Assembly: GCF_902148845.1 (NCBI RefSeq)
Contig: NC_043762.1
Location: 28,962,760-29,026,759 of the forward strand
Direction: 5' to 3'
Origin: Salarias fasciatus
Taxonomy: Eukaryota
DNA: 64,000 nucleotides
Every line of letters begins with the position of its first letter. The first letter of the stretch is position 1. The notes below the pieces were generated by a model. It was not told the origin of the DNA. It saw only the letters and a program-made list of their open reading frames with translations, and did no database searches. The position numbers and the translations under genes were made by a program. Below, piece after piece: positions 1 to 11,657 of the stretch.

Positions 1-463
1 AAAAAATACATTTTAGAAATGAATTCCAACACCTGCTGTCATTGAAAATAGACGTCTTACATCCCTAAAATATACACATTACAAACTACTTGAAAGTTTT
101 ATTTATTTTAAGACAAAGATAAAAAAAACCCCTGATTTCAGAAGACACATTGTGAAGCCAGTGGTTTATTCACTGCACTCCATCACTGCCTCGATTCATT
201 TTTACCATCATTTTGTGCTGATTTTGCAAAAAATCCCACCTTATTTCAGTCCATCGTTCACGTCCCTCTGTTTTTTTTAAGTTGCGGTTTCTGTGTAATT
301 TTATTACTTCCTCACACTAAAAAACACAAATGAAGAGAAGTATTCTAAAACTGACTTTACTTTAAACCAGAGGGGAGAAAGTCACAAAGTATCTGTACTC
401 AACAAACACAAGAAGTGTCTGTTAAGTAAACTTTAGCTGAAATAAGAACAGTTGGAATCTGAC

Positions 464-514
464 CTTGTTGTTCTCTGACCCGTCGTCATGACTGAAAGAG
501 AGATCCAGCAGATC
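464..514 (-). CDS. Exon of unidentified gene: DLLDLSFSHDDGSENNK
   Basis: Acceptor tgttcttcag|GATCTG and donor acaag|gtcaga. Confidence 0.3.
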
Positions 515-761
515 CTGAAGAACACAACATGATCCGTCAGCTTCACCCGTCACACAAAGCTGCGTGTTTCACGGCCTGGTTACCTGTTCAGATCATCGCT
601 CACCTGCGACGCCCGGCGGATGTGTCCCAGTCTGGGAGAGCGCTTCGATTTTCCAGCTGATTTATCCTGCAGGGGGAAAAAAAATTAGAAAATAGAAAAA
701 TCTTCTCTCAAAGCAGAAACACTCTGAGCAGGAAATCCAACATGACCGAGAGCTCACACAC

Positions 762-833
762 CTTAGACGACTTGCTTTCCAGATGTTCGCTGCTGGCAGA
801 CAGCTCAGCGTTCTGTACGGATAAGGCGGCCTG
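762..833 (-). CDS. Exon of unidentified gene: QAALSVQNAELSASSEHLESKSSK
   Basis: Acceptor tctctgacag|CAGGCC and donor tctaag|gtgtgt; 72 nt. Confidence 0.35.
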
Positions 834-1642
834 CTGTCAGAGAAATCACAGCTCAATACAGACAGGTCAGCCATTTCAACACATCTGCCTCAAAATAAGT
901 TAATCACTCAATTTTATTGTTCCAAATGTGTAAATCTATAATTCAGGGTCATTTTATGAAGCATTATTCCAGCGTTTAAACGACGGCCTGGGGGCAATTT
1001 CTGATTGGCTGATTCAGAAATGATCATGCGTATTCACTACCGAGTGGCTTGACTGCACTGGAATTCTGAGTTTTCATGAAATCAAGGCAGAGTAAAGAAA
1101 AATGTTGTAACTCAAACAGCAAGCGGGCGAAGAAAATATCCCTCCGGGCGTTTTTCTTCATTTGGCCCTCAATGGAAAAGGTTTGGTGTGAATTTATTGC
1201 TATTGTTCACTGACTAAAATAAAAATATTTAATATTTAAAATATGTCAAATATAATTAAAAGGTTAATTATAATAATATTTTCCAGCACTTTTAACTATA
1301 AAGTTTAAAGGCTTGGTTTGATTGCAAAACTTATGGCCCCAGGTTAAAAAGTGAGAAAAAGACTTATTATATATTCTAATGTAATAACATACTGTAAAAT
1401 GGATTTTCATGATGTGGAAGCTCAAACTAAATGTCCAGTAAATGTGGACCTTTCACAGGTTGAAATGACAAATAAACCTTTTCATTGTATCCGTGTGTTT
1501 TCAGATGTGCTGAAACAGTAAGAAACGAAACTAACAGAGCAGCTCAATCAGCAAATAACATCCAATCACACCTTCAGTGATTCATGAGTAGTGTAACTAG
1601 TACTAGTTAAACTGATTATACATCAGAATAATCTCTCCAAAC

Positions 1643-1708
1643 CTGGGGCTGGTCCTCCTTGGCAGCTTTGGTTGTCTTTTTAAACATCCCCTTAAACACT
1701 CCTTTATC
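1643..1708 (-). CDS. Exon of unidentified gene: DKGVFKGMFKKTTKAAKEDQPQ
   Basis: Acceptor tatttcag|GATAAAGG and donor ccccag|gtttgg; 66 nt. Confidence 0.45.
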
Positions 1709-1802
1709 CTGAAATACAAACAAACAACAACAATAATAAAAACAACGTCTCCCACAGCGGCATGTTGCAGACCGGAATGCAGCCCGGAGGAATCCTGCTC
1801 AC

Positions 1803-1868
1803 CTTGCTGCCGCCGTCGGTCAGGCTGTCGCTGCTCCTGGACAGCTCTGTGCTGGACGATAAGTTGTC
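1803..1868 (-). CDS. Exon of unidentified gene: DNLSSSTELSRSSDSLTDGGSK
   Basis: Acceptor gacgtttcag|GACAAC and strong donor gcaag|gtgagc. Confidence 0.45.
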
Positions 1869-2147
1869 CTGAAACGTCAACAAGAAGCTTTTCAGTGAAC
1901 GTCTGCAGGCAGAACGGGTTCACCTCCGAGCTTCAGAGAGGATCCAGGTTTTTAAACAGTTTATTGATGTTGATGGCAGACAGGCGGCCATAAAGTCAGT
2001 CAGATGTGACAAAAAGACCATCAATCTATAAATCTAAACATCATTTAAAAAAAAAAAAAGCCAAATTCAGAGCAAAAACAAGATCACTTAAAGCTGTTTC
2101 CATAAAATCCTGTAATTTCTGCCCTCAGAGTAAAATGACAGCATCAC

Positions 2148-2219
2148 CTGAGGCTGGACCGTCGGCTCCGAGGACTTGATCGATTTCTTGAACATCCCAC
2201 CGAATATAGCAGCTTTTTG
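2148..2219 (-). CDS. Exon of unidentified gene: QKAAIFGGMFKKSIKSSEPTVQPQ
   Basis: Acceptor cctcttccag|CAAAAAG and donor cctcag|gtgatg; 72 nt. Shares the GMFKK motif with the 1643-1708 exon. Confidence 0.45.
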
Positions 2220-3154
2220 CTGGAAGAGGAGATTGATGACTTCAACCAACAAAACAATGATGAAAAGCCAACTCACTTAAATCTTGCAGTAACCTTTGAC
2301 CTGAAGCTTGTTTACACTGAACGTTTGTCCTGATAAAATCATCACAAAGCTGATTTCTACCTCTAAATGCCTCAAAACGAGAAAACAGCAACAGCGTCGC
2401 CCAGTGCCGAATGAGACTGCAACGTGTGTTTGAAATATAAAATCTAATGGGGAAGTCATGGGATTTGAAATTTTAAATTAAGCCAAGCCTTGCAGAATGA
2501 AAGTACGAGATTAAAAATGCACTGATTTGTCTGTAAAAACGAGGGTTTAGTTTATAGCAACAGCCTGAGCAGCAGTGGATTTACTGCTACACAAGAACAA
2601 CTGGAGACCACAGCTGATCCACTCTGAAGACGTTCAGTCAAAGTTAAGGTCTCCCACATTTCATCTGTGGAACATAAATTCCGCCCCCCTAAACAAAAAA
2701 AGAACAGAATAATAGAGGTACTTCCGTTGGCGTCCACTGACGTGTGGCCTCACTGTCATTTGAGAAGGAGCTCATGACCCGTTAGTGAACACACACACAA
2801 AATCCCAGGCTGCTTTTACACTGTTTGAAGACCTTATTCAGACAAAGACATATGTTCTTTAAAATCATGAAGACAAACTGAGAGCAGAGGTTTCAGAGCC
2901 ACTTGTTGTGGGTGAGGGGGGCTGCTGGTGCCCCGGGGGGGTGTTTCTGCCCCGGAGCGCCCTGCAGGGTGACACGGCCGTGGTGACAACATTAGATCTC
3001 TCAGTGATCCTAAATGAACCAGAAATCCACTTGGCTCACACACTGAGAGAGAAGTGTGTGTGTTCGTGGTGGTAAGGTCACACAGAGGGTGTGTGTCCAA
3101 TAATGAAAGTTTCCTCTCAGCCCGAGAGGAAAACAGGAACACGGAGACACTCAC

Positions 3155-3208
3155 AGAGACGTTTCCCTCCTCACACTCCAGGTCCAGGTCCAGATCATCG
3201 TATCGATC
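3155..3208 (-). CDS. Exon of unidentified gene: DRYDDLDLDLECEEGNVS
   Basis: Acceptor tttccacag|GATCGA and donor gtctct|gtgagt. Confidence 0.4.
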
Positions 3209-3399
3209 CTGTGGAAACATCAGTCTGACGTTAGAAGAGGAGGACGGATCAAACCGACGCTTCGACCGGATCCGCTCTCGGTGAAACTCCAGCCTTTATC
3301 TCACCATCGAACCAGCGGCTCCGAACCCCTTCACAGGAAGTTATTCCGCAGATGAGCAGGGATTAGAGGATAAATGTGGGTATAAAGGTGAACCCCGGG

Positions 3400-3700
3400 T
3401 ATCGGCGGGTCCCTCCGTGTTGACACTGAACTGTTTTCTCTCAGCTCTCCAGATCCTCCCCGCTCGAAAAAAAGAAAAAGAAAAGCGGAGCGGATCCCTC
3501 CCACACCCCGAGCTCAGAGAGGAGGAGGCAGGAACTGGTGGATCCAGTCCGGCGTCCCCCGGGCGCTGCGGCCCAGGTGAGGGCGTGTCCCGCGGCTCCG
3601 CGCGTCCTCGTGCCGGTCTCACCTGGGAGCCGCCGTGGACCGGCTGCTGCGTTCAGGGGCTGCACGGAAATTCCTGCTTCCTGTGATAGGTTCAAACTGG
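3400..3700 (-). promoter_or_regulatory. CpG-rich putative promoter/5' exon of the minus-strand small-exon gene
   Basis: Locally GC- and CpG-rich (gcggctccgcgcgtcctcgtgccgg...) while the surroundings are AT-rich. A possible ATG...GT first exon (MNLSQEAGISVQPLNAAAGPRRLP) reads on the minus strand. Confidence 0.3.
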
Positions 3701-5389
3701 GCTTAAAAAGAGTATTTATTTTTACTTTAAACCTGTAATTTTAACGTATTTCATTTGAACATGAATATGTGAACTTTGTAATAGTTATTTATTGTTCGAC
3801 ATTTCACTGTATTTTGCAACAAAAGGTATCTTTTTTTGAGATTGTAGTTATTTCCCATGGTAATTGTTTGCCTTTGTGAAAATATAGACTATTTCACTAT
3901 GGATGCTCTGAACCACCAAAAAACAAACAAACAAAAAAAAAGGTTTCAGTTTATTTTATTTATTGCCACCCCTGTATTGAAGGATTAAAGCTGATGATGG
4001 CAACAGTTATTTACACTGAAAATGCCAAAGGTTATACACTTAAGAGTGATCACATGGCGTCAATAACAGTTGAATGGAATGACTCCTTGTTTCAAGGATA
4101 GAAGTCCTTCCAAAACAATTCATATGTTTTTCAAAGTTTTCTCTGTGATGTACTGGCTGCCTGAATCATAATCTGTTACACTGCAAAACAAGATGCTCCA
4201 TCTATACAGAAAGTTTTTTTTTTTTTTTTTACTGACTTGAATCTTGATGAGAAAATAATGTTTTATATGCAAACAAATACATATCTAAAACAAAAGAGCT
4301 AGTGTCAGTTGGAATATACCTTCATGCTGTACTACTTTTAAAAACAGGTTTATTCATTGCTCATTGTTTATGCTTGAGTACTGTCCTTTTCGGTTCATTT
4401 CCTCCACTTTTTCCCAGCTCTGCTTCTTGGAGTCTGAGTGTGTCTAAAATAGTCTTAAAATAAGCTTGTACACAGATCATCGCCATCTCCACATTTCAGA
4501 ATATGTGCTTTTACTTACATAAAAACGTTTAAGAAAGACTTTTGAAGTATATGTGGGCTTATTTCTGTTTAATGTGTCTGCTGAACACACTATGGTTGCC
4601 ACAAAAAGTCATTTTTCTGAGCCAAAGAAAGGTCAACAATGCACACCTGCTGCATTCACATACATGCAAAGGGCACAAAAGTATACAGAAGGGGTTTCAA
4701 ACATATGGCCTGTGGTCCAAAATTGGCCTGCAAGAGACTACAACACAGCAGGATGACATTGCTTGTAATAAAAACAAACTAGAAAGATTTTCTGTACACA
4801 CACCACATGGCGGTTCGTTCTCTCATCTCATCTCTCAGTGACTCTATATTATCTAGATGTGTAAATGAGTGTGATGATCTGCTGACCTGTGCAGGGTTCA
4901 GCCTGCCTGAACTCATAATTCCTGAGATCGACTCCAGTATCTTATGGCCAAATGCTGGATATGACAATGTGTCTGTAGACCATGACTGCAGTTATTTCAG
5001 AACCACTGGGTGTGAAGTAACACTACACTAAAACCTGGAATTGAACAGCAGGTGGCAGCAATTGCCAAAAATTGCAAACGACCTTAAAATGATGCCAAAA
5101 TAATCACAAATTTAAAGTGATGCACAACCACAGACAAAGTCCACAAAATATATAATCACAAAAATGACCTTAACAGAGATAAACTGTGCCTCTTGAGAGG
5201 GCAGGGGGCTTTTATAAATACCGTACATCTGTAGCCGTTTTCAAAATATCAAATATGAACTCTCTGAAAGCTAATACCGCTTTCCAAAGCCTTCATAAAA
5301 ATAGTGAGTTACATAATTCATGTTAAATGTGGACTCAACAAAGGATTTTTCACAAAAGTGATATCATACTCAGGTTAGTTCAGATTTAA

Positions 5390-5760
5390 AAATATATATA
5401 TACTCAGACGACAACAAATGCTTTAGTGACTTTATTGAACAGTTTGAAAAATAAGATTATAGCTGCTTATCACTTCATTGTGTTACAATACATAAATTAT
5501 CACAAGCATAAATTAACTCATACAACTTCAGACTTGATTTACACACTGGTAAGTGCCTCATGAGTCTGAATGTAAACATAAAGCAGAATATTTTCCTGAC
5601 AATATCCGAGCGACATTTATTACACAGTTATGTTGCAAAGTTACAAAGTCTGAGAGTGTCGTTGACACCCCTGATGAAGAGAAAGTGGCACAGCTCAGCT
5701 TGTATTCACAAATGGGATTTGAGAAATTGCGGGAGCAGAAGAGTGGAGTCACGTTATGAC
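5390..5760 (+). repeat. Interspersed repeat, copy A (direct-repeat partner of 10150-10500)
   Basis: ...acaacaaatgctttagtgac.ttatt.aac..tttgaaaaa.aagattatagctgct.at.acttcatt.tg...cataaattaactca...tacaact..agacttg.tttacacactgg.aagt.cctcatga.tctgaatgtaaacataaagcagaata... is shared at about 85% identity. Confidence 0.45.
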
Positions 5761-6080
5761 TGCTCAAAGGTGGAGACTCCACTGTGGTCAGGAGCGGAGT
5801 GCGACCAGCCTGCTTTCAGGCCATCTTACCCGGCCCAGATGTCCCAAAGTAAATGTGGAATTTCCATGGAAAATCAAGCACCCGAGTGTCTCGTTCCATT
5901 GTTGAAGCAGATAAGTTCCCAGAGATTTGCCATTTCCTCTAAGAAACCCAGGCTGACTCCTTCGATCAGCATCAGAGAGGCCTCAAGCCTTTCCCAACTG
6001 GCAGCGGCGGGATTTGAACCCACACCTCCTGAGAGACTGGAACCTGAATCCAGCGCTTTGGACCGCTCGGCCACACTACC
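5759..6080 (-). mobile_element. tRNA-Leu(CAG)-headed SINE, copy 1
   Basis: Reverse complement of 5995-6078 is ggtagtgtggccgagcggtccaaagcgctggattcaggttccagtctc...gtgggttcaaatcccgccgctgcc, a cloverleaf with a CAG anticodon. A roughly 250-bp body is shared with 49679-50005. Confidence 0.5.
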
Positions 6081-6225
6081 TGCAGGACCCAAGCCTCAAT
6101 GTTCATCCAGCCTGCAAGTGGCAACTGGCCAAGGCTGCAAGAACAAACAAGGACTGATCTATTTTTTGGAACAGGAACCAAGAAGCCTGTGAGCAAGCAG
6201 TGGTGTGTGCCAAGAGAGTCCCCAG

Positions 6226-6297
6226 TAGCAGAGGACGGTTTCGATCCATCGGCCTCTGGGTTATGGGCCCGGCACGCTCCCACTGCGCCACTCTGCT
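6226..6297 (-). tRNA. tRNA-iMet-like sequence; probably a pseudogene or SINE head rather than a functional gene
   Basis: Reverse complement is agcagagtggcgcagtgggagcgtgccgggcccataacccagaggccgatggatcgaaaccgtcctctgcta, about 90% identical to vertebrate initiator tRNA-Met. It has a C-A mismatch in the anticodon stem. Confidence 0.4.
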
Positions 6298-6879
6298 CCA
6301 CCACGAGCACCTTTGAGAGCAAGAATAATACGTGCAATAAGCAGTTGTTGGGTTGACCAAGTTGACAAAGTTGGACACCAGTGATACTTCCAGCTGATGA
6401 GATTGGGAGGTCACTATGCTTCTCACCTGTGAAACGGCCACTTCACGGCTGTGTGCTTTATTTATTTTTATTTATTTAGTTCTTCTGAACAGAGGTTTTA
6501 CAGTCTCCTCTGGCTGAGGCTCGAGTCACTCGAGTCGAGGCACAGACTGAATTCTGGTGGATGAATTCGCTCATTGGTGGAGGGGCCAATCTGTTTAATA
6601 CTTTGTAAACCAGGCAGGATGATTTGAATAATTTGAAATTTGTGAAGTTTAGAAGGTTATGTTTTTGGAGGATTTGGCAGTGATGATAGGAAAAGGGTTT
6701 TTTGTCTAAAATTTTCAATGCCCACTTGTAGCAAGATTCAACTGGTCTAATGACAGACTGAGCAGCATAAGACCAGCTGGTGATACAGTACTCAATATGT
6801 GCTCTAATATGTTTAAAATTGCGTATATTATAATTTAAAATTTTTACTACTTTGTGAGCATGTTTTTGAAAATGGTAAA

Positions 6880-7170
6880 TGGTAAATGGACTACACTTGT
6901 ATAGCGCTTTCTACCCTGCATGACAGAGCCCAAAGCGCTTCACACTGCAATATCACATTAACCCATTCTCTCCATACTGGGTGGTGGTAAGCTACTGTTG
7001 TAGCCACAGCTGCCCTGGGGCAGACTGACGGAAGCGAGGCTGCCAATCTGCGCCATCGGCCCCTCCGACCACCACCAACCATTCACTCTCACAACTTTCA
7101 TACTTAGGCAAGGTGGGTGAAGTGTCTTGCCCAAGGACACAACGACAGTTTTACGCCTGCGGGAGTCATT
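6880..7170 (-). mobile_element. Same SINE family, head-truncated copy
   Basis: About 95% identical to 15250-15530 (...tctctccatactgggtggtggtaagctact...ggcagactgacggaagcgaggctgcca...ttgcccaaggacacaacgacag...). Confidence 0.5.
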
Positions 7171-8019
7171 TTTGAATCTAATACAACTCCAAGGTACTTA
7201 AAGTGTTCTACAGTTTGTAGCGCTTCTCCTCCCAGGTAAACTTTTGCTTGAATGACAGCTGTTGCTTTGGTGATGTAAAGTATGACAGAGTTTCAACCAC
7301 TGCCCCAGTTCAGCGAAAGTGGCCAAGCTCAGCTGTTGTCAATGGATGGATGAGTGAATGTTGGGGAGGGAAGAAAAGAGTCAATCAATCACTCAATCAA
7401 TTTATTTTTGTTATAGCCCAGTATCACAACAACAGTTGCCTCAGAGGGCTTCAAGATGTTACATTGGTTGGTAAAAATAAAAACAGTGAATAAGCATAAA
7501 GTTAATATGTCAAATTCACAGTAACGAGACAAAACGAAGCAACCACCGCCTTAGACCCTCACATCCGGCAAGAAAAACTCCAAAAACCCATTGGGAAAAG
7601 AAGAAATCTTGGGGAGAACCACAGTATGGAGGGATCCCTCTCCCAGGGACGGACAGCTTTGGCAACAGCCAGCATGAGACAATAAGAAGTAAAGCAGGAC
7701 TATGTTGAGGACAGTCCGTTGGACGATCCAGCACAAGAACTACGGATCCCAGAAGTAGAACCGAAGCCAGTCTGCGGGCAGCACAGACAGGAGTGTCCTC
7801 CTGGTCTGGATGGAGCTTGTTCGTAGGCCCTCGTGATAGTGGAGTCAGCAACTGAAACTGGAGACGACTCCCCCTCGAAGGGGGGGACAGCAGGTGAAAA
7901 GCAATGAACGGACTAAAGGGAATAACATTCAGACATTAGAGGATAGGGCTCAGTGCACCGTACTTCCCACAGCATTCTAGCTCCTAGGGCAGCTTTGTGG
8001 ATAGTTTAGTATTTAAACT

Positions 8020-9400
8020 AGTATTTAGTTAGTATAGTTTAGATAGTTTAGTTTAGTTTAATTTAGTTTAGTTTAGTTTAGAATCCCTAGCTGACCTGAT
8101 CATAGGCTGCATCGAAGAGAAACATCTTGAGCCAAACCTTAAATGTGGAGACTGTGTCTGCCTCTTTGACACCACTTGGAAGCTGGTTCCATAAAAACGG
8201 TGCCTGATAGCTAAAGGCTCTTCCACCTAGTGTCCATTCAGAGACTCTAGGAGTCACCAGTAACCCTGCATTTTGAGAGCGAAGTGCACTGATTGGTTGA
8301 TAAGGCGTTAAAGCATCTTGGAGATAGGTCGGAGCCATCCCATTTAGGATTTTGTAAGTGAGGAGAAGGATTTTAAATCTAACTCTAAACTCGACAGGAA
8401 GCCAGTGAAGAGATTTTAGAACGGGAGTAATGTGTTCACGTCTTCTAGTTCCGGTTAATAATCTGGCGGCCGCATTTTGAACCAACTGAAAGTTTTTTAA
8501 TGCACTTTTTGGGCAGGCTGCAAGAAGGGAGTTGCAGTAGTCCAGTCTAGTAGAAACAAATGCATGGATGAGTTTTTCTGCATCGCTTCTAGGTAGAATG
8601 TTTCTTATTTTAGCTGTGTTGCGCAAGTGGAATATGCTGTTTTACAAGCCAGGTTGATGTGTGCTTTAAAGGAGATATCCTGATCAAATAAGACCCCGAG
8701 GTTCCTGACAGTAGAGGAGGAGGATACACTGACGTTATCTAAGGTGATAATCTGTTCAGACAGACACTCTCTCAGTTTATGGGGGCCTAGTATAATGACC
8801 TCTGTTTTGCCAGGATTAAGACGGAGATAGTTCGTAGTCATCCAGGATTTAATTTCTCTGATACAGTCACTGAGTCTGTCTATTTGATTAGTTTGATCAG
8901 GTTTCATAGATAAATACAGTTGTGTGTCATCTGCATAACAATGAAAATTGATATCGTGACTTCTAATTATGTTCCCTAAAGGAAGCATATACAGCAGAAA
9001 TAAAATTGGCCCGAGCACGGACCCTTGAGGAACCCCATAACTGACCTGGGAGCACGGTGAGGACTGTTGGTTAACGTGAACAAATTGGTACCTATTAGAT
9101 AAATAGGATTTGAACCAGCAGAGGGCTTTTCCTCTGGTGCCAACCTCACATTCTAACCTCTGCAGGAGAATATTGTGGTCAATTGTATCAAAAGCTGCAC
9201 TGAGGTCTAAGAGAACCAGGATTGAGGCGAGACCTGCGTCAGCCGCCAATAGCAAGTCATTAGTGACTTTAACTAACACAGTCTCAGTGCTGTGATAAGC
9301 TCTATATCCTGACTGAAATTTCTCAAATAAACTGTTGTCCTGTAGGTGGCGGCAAAGCTGTTTAACCACGACTTTTTCCAGGACTTTTGAAATAAAAGGC
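8020..9400 (-). mobile_element. L2/CR1-like LINE copy (RT plus C-terminal region) with a (TAAAC/GTTTA)n-type 3' tail
   Basis: Minus ORFs 8605-9369 (...GYRAYHSTETVLVKV...LLDLSAAFDTIDH...[13 protein letters not shown]...) and 8087-8626 (...RLDYCNSLL...). Tail gtttagtttagtttaatttagtttag at 8020-8087. Confidence 0.65.
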
Positions 9401-9698
9401 AGATTTGATATCGGTCTGTAGTTGGCTAGAATATCAGGATCAAGATTAGAGTGGACTGCCTTGGTTCCGAGACTTACTCAATGGTGGAGATTTCACTCAA
9501 ACAGGACTTTTTCGACCTGCTTTCAGTTGGAAGTGTCCCAGCCATCCAACTTTGTCAACATGGTCAACCACAGACGTTGTGTGCTCCAGATGTCCTCAAT
9601 GTCTTCCAATCCATGTGGTGTCCAAGGTCATATCCACGACCATGGCTTACTACTTCAAGTCAAACGTGTCCACGCTGTCGTGTGCTTTTTCCACAGGT

Positions 9699-9771
9699 GT
9701 TTCCGTAGTGTAGTGGTCATCATGTTCATCTCACACATGAAAGGTCCCCTGGTCGAAACAGGGCGGAAACA
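9699..9771 (+). tRNA. tRNA-Val(CAC)-like pseudogene or SINE head with CpG-to-TpG/CpA decay
   Basis: gtttccgtagtgtagtggtcatcatgttcatctcacacatgaaaggtcccctggtcgaaacagggcggaaaca against canonical tRNA-Val ...ggttatcacgttcgcctcacacgcgaaaggtccccggttcgaaaccgggc.... Every difference is at a CpG, and one T is missing from the T-loop. Confidence 0.4.
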
Positions 9772-10149
9772 TCCAGGTGTGCCTAAACGCCACCTGCGTT
9801 TTCGGTTGATGGCCTTTGACTCTAATCTGTGGGGCTTTGAAGGAGGCTGTCAGCTGAGACACTCCTGCTTCCTAATGGCCAGCCCTTGCGGACATTGAGG
9901 CGCAGTGTGAATTTCACAATGGAATGTCGCGCTTGATATGATGGACTGGAATTGATGATGTCTGCTGTTCATGCTGTAGAGCCAGAAGACATCTACCAAA
10001 GATGAGCCATGAGTTATAGCAGCACAAACCCCTTTCACTCGCAACTCGATGAACTTCATGCCACCCCTGAACTCCCAGCATGCAATGCAGCAACCAAAAC
10101 ACAAATGGCGAACCCCTGGGTGGCTACAATATGGAATAATTCCAGTTCA

Positions 10150-10500
10150 TCAAAAATACAAAGAGGACAACAAATGCTTTAGTGATTTTATTCAACGATT
10201 TGAAAAACAAAAGATTATAGCTGCTGATTACTTCATTTTGTCACAATTCTCACCAGCATAAATTAACTCAACTCATACAACTTTAGACTTGGTTTATACA
10301 CTGGCAAGTACCTCATGATTCTGAATGTAAACATAAAGCAGAATAATAATCCCCGAAAATACCACAGCAACATTTATTGCACAGTCGTCACTGTCAAAAG
10401 CAGTAAGAAAGAAAATATGACAAATATTCTTTGGTTAGTTCATAAATTTGGTGCTTCTGCCTCTACTACATGTTTAGTGCAGCATTTCAGTGCTCTTCCT
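10150..10500 (+). repeat. Interspersed repeat, copy B (same family as 5390-5760)
   Basis: See copy A. The two copies are in the same orientation and 4.76 kb apart. Confidence 0.45.
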
Positions 10501-10552
10501 CTCACTACAGGCAGCATTTAAGAGTCATCACCTCTGATACAAGGTCAGTGCA

Positions 10553-11145
10553 ACATTCCATGTCATTATTACCTCCGCCAAAGAGGTTATATAGTCACGT
10601 CAGTTTGTAGGTTTGTTGATTGGTTGGTTGGTCTGTTAGCACCATTATGGAAAAAGTAATGGACGGATTGCAATGAAACTTTGTGGAAAGGTGGGTCTTG
10701 GGCTAACTTACAATCCATTAAATTTTGGTGATGATCCGGATCACTGTCTGGATCCAGGAATTTTTTTGAAGGATTCTTTGTCATTGAGAGATAGGACAGT
10801 CTTTGACATGGTTGGGCATAACTCAACAATAAATGACAAGGGAGCCTAGCAAAAAAATTACAGTCTAAGTTCTTCAATGACTCTAAGAGATATCAGCTGC
10901 TGGTCCAGATCAGGAAGTGTTCCGGATACCAGGATCCAGAACAGACAAAAACAGGGGGATTCCAGAGTGTCAGTTACTGTGAGGAAACACATTGAGATAT
11001 GAACATGCAACAAACATCTTTCTCCCAGACATTGTTTGTGTTGGGGAGAAATAAAATGTTTTTTTGTATATCTGGTGTTCTTATTGTTGTTGGTGACTGA
11101 TTTGAGCTGTGGCGGAGGTCTGCACTCTCTGAGTGCCACATTCTA
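10553..11145. mobile_element. Common teleost interspersed repeat (...attacctccgccaaagaggttat...ggatccggatcactgtctggatccagga...ggcggaggtctgcactctctgagtgc...)
   Basis: Recognised family signature at both ends. No coding capacity. Confidence 0.4.
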
Positions 11146-11607
11146 GCTTTAACATGGAATGTTCTACAGGTGAATCCCAGAGAACCAGGTTCTCATTTTC
11201 AACAGTGCCTTTTAGTCCGGTTTGGTACGGACTGACGGGTTGAGAATGATGTCGTCCAGGGACCGGAGGCTGTGATGGGACTGTTTCATGCCATGTATGT
11301 GGACAGATAAATAAAAATGAACCAGTGAGTGGTTCTCCACATGGACAGTGAAGGCCAGTTTAATGAGGAGTGCAGTGTACAGTGAGGTGCGAGGCGTTCA
11401 AAACCAGTTAAGAATCTCAAGGCACCATGATATGCAGCGGCCACATGATGGAGGGAGTGAGCAGGGGCATTCATATGAACAACAACACCGCAAACCAGGA
11501 GCGGCAAAAAAGTAGCTCCAACAATGCATTTCCCGCTCAATGAAAAGAAAAACAGGCTGTATTTTTGAAGAAAAACCCCAGATTCAGCTGCATTTAAGCA
11601 TTTGTCA

Positions 11608-11640
11608 TTGATTGACTGATTGATTGATTGATTGATTGGT
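11608..11640. repeat. (ATTG)n microsatellite in the TEP1 3'UTR just past the stop codon
   Basis: cattgattgactgattgattgattgattgattgg. Confidence 0.8.
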
Positions 11641-11657
11641 GTGTAAAGTACAGAGGA

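Noticed and set aside
4500-5050. Cluster of small plus-strand ORFs (4542-5031)
   Set aside because: The region is AT-rich with no codon periodicity, homology or splice signals. It is probably intergenic DNA between TEP1 and the downstream small-exon gene.
5560-6192. 210-aa plus-strand ORF
   Set aside because: It runs through a tRNA-derived SINE and interspersed repeat, with no splice or homology support. It is an artefact of the ORF-caller.
9422-9898. 158-aa plus-strand ORF
   Set aside because: It spans the tRNA-Val-like relic and repeat leader, so it is a repeat-derived open frame.
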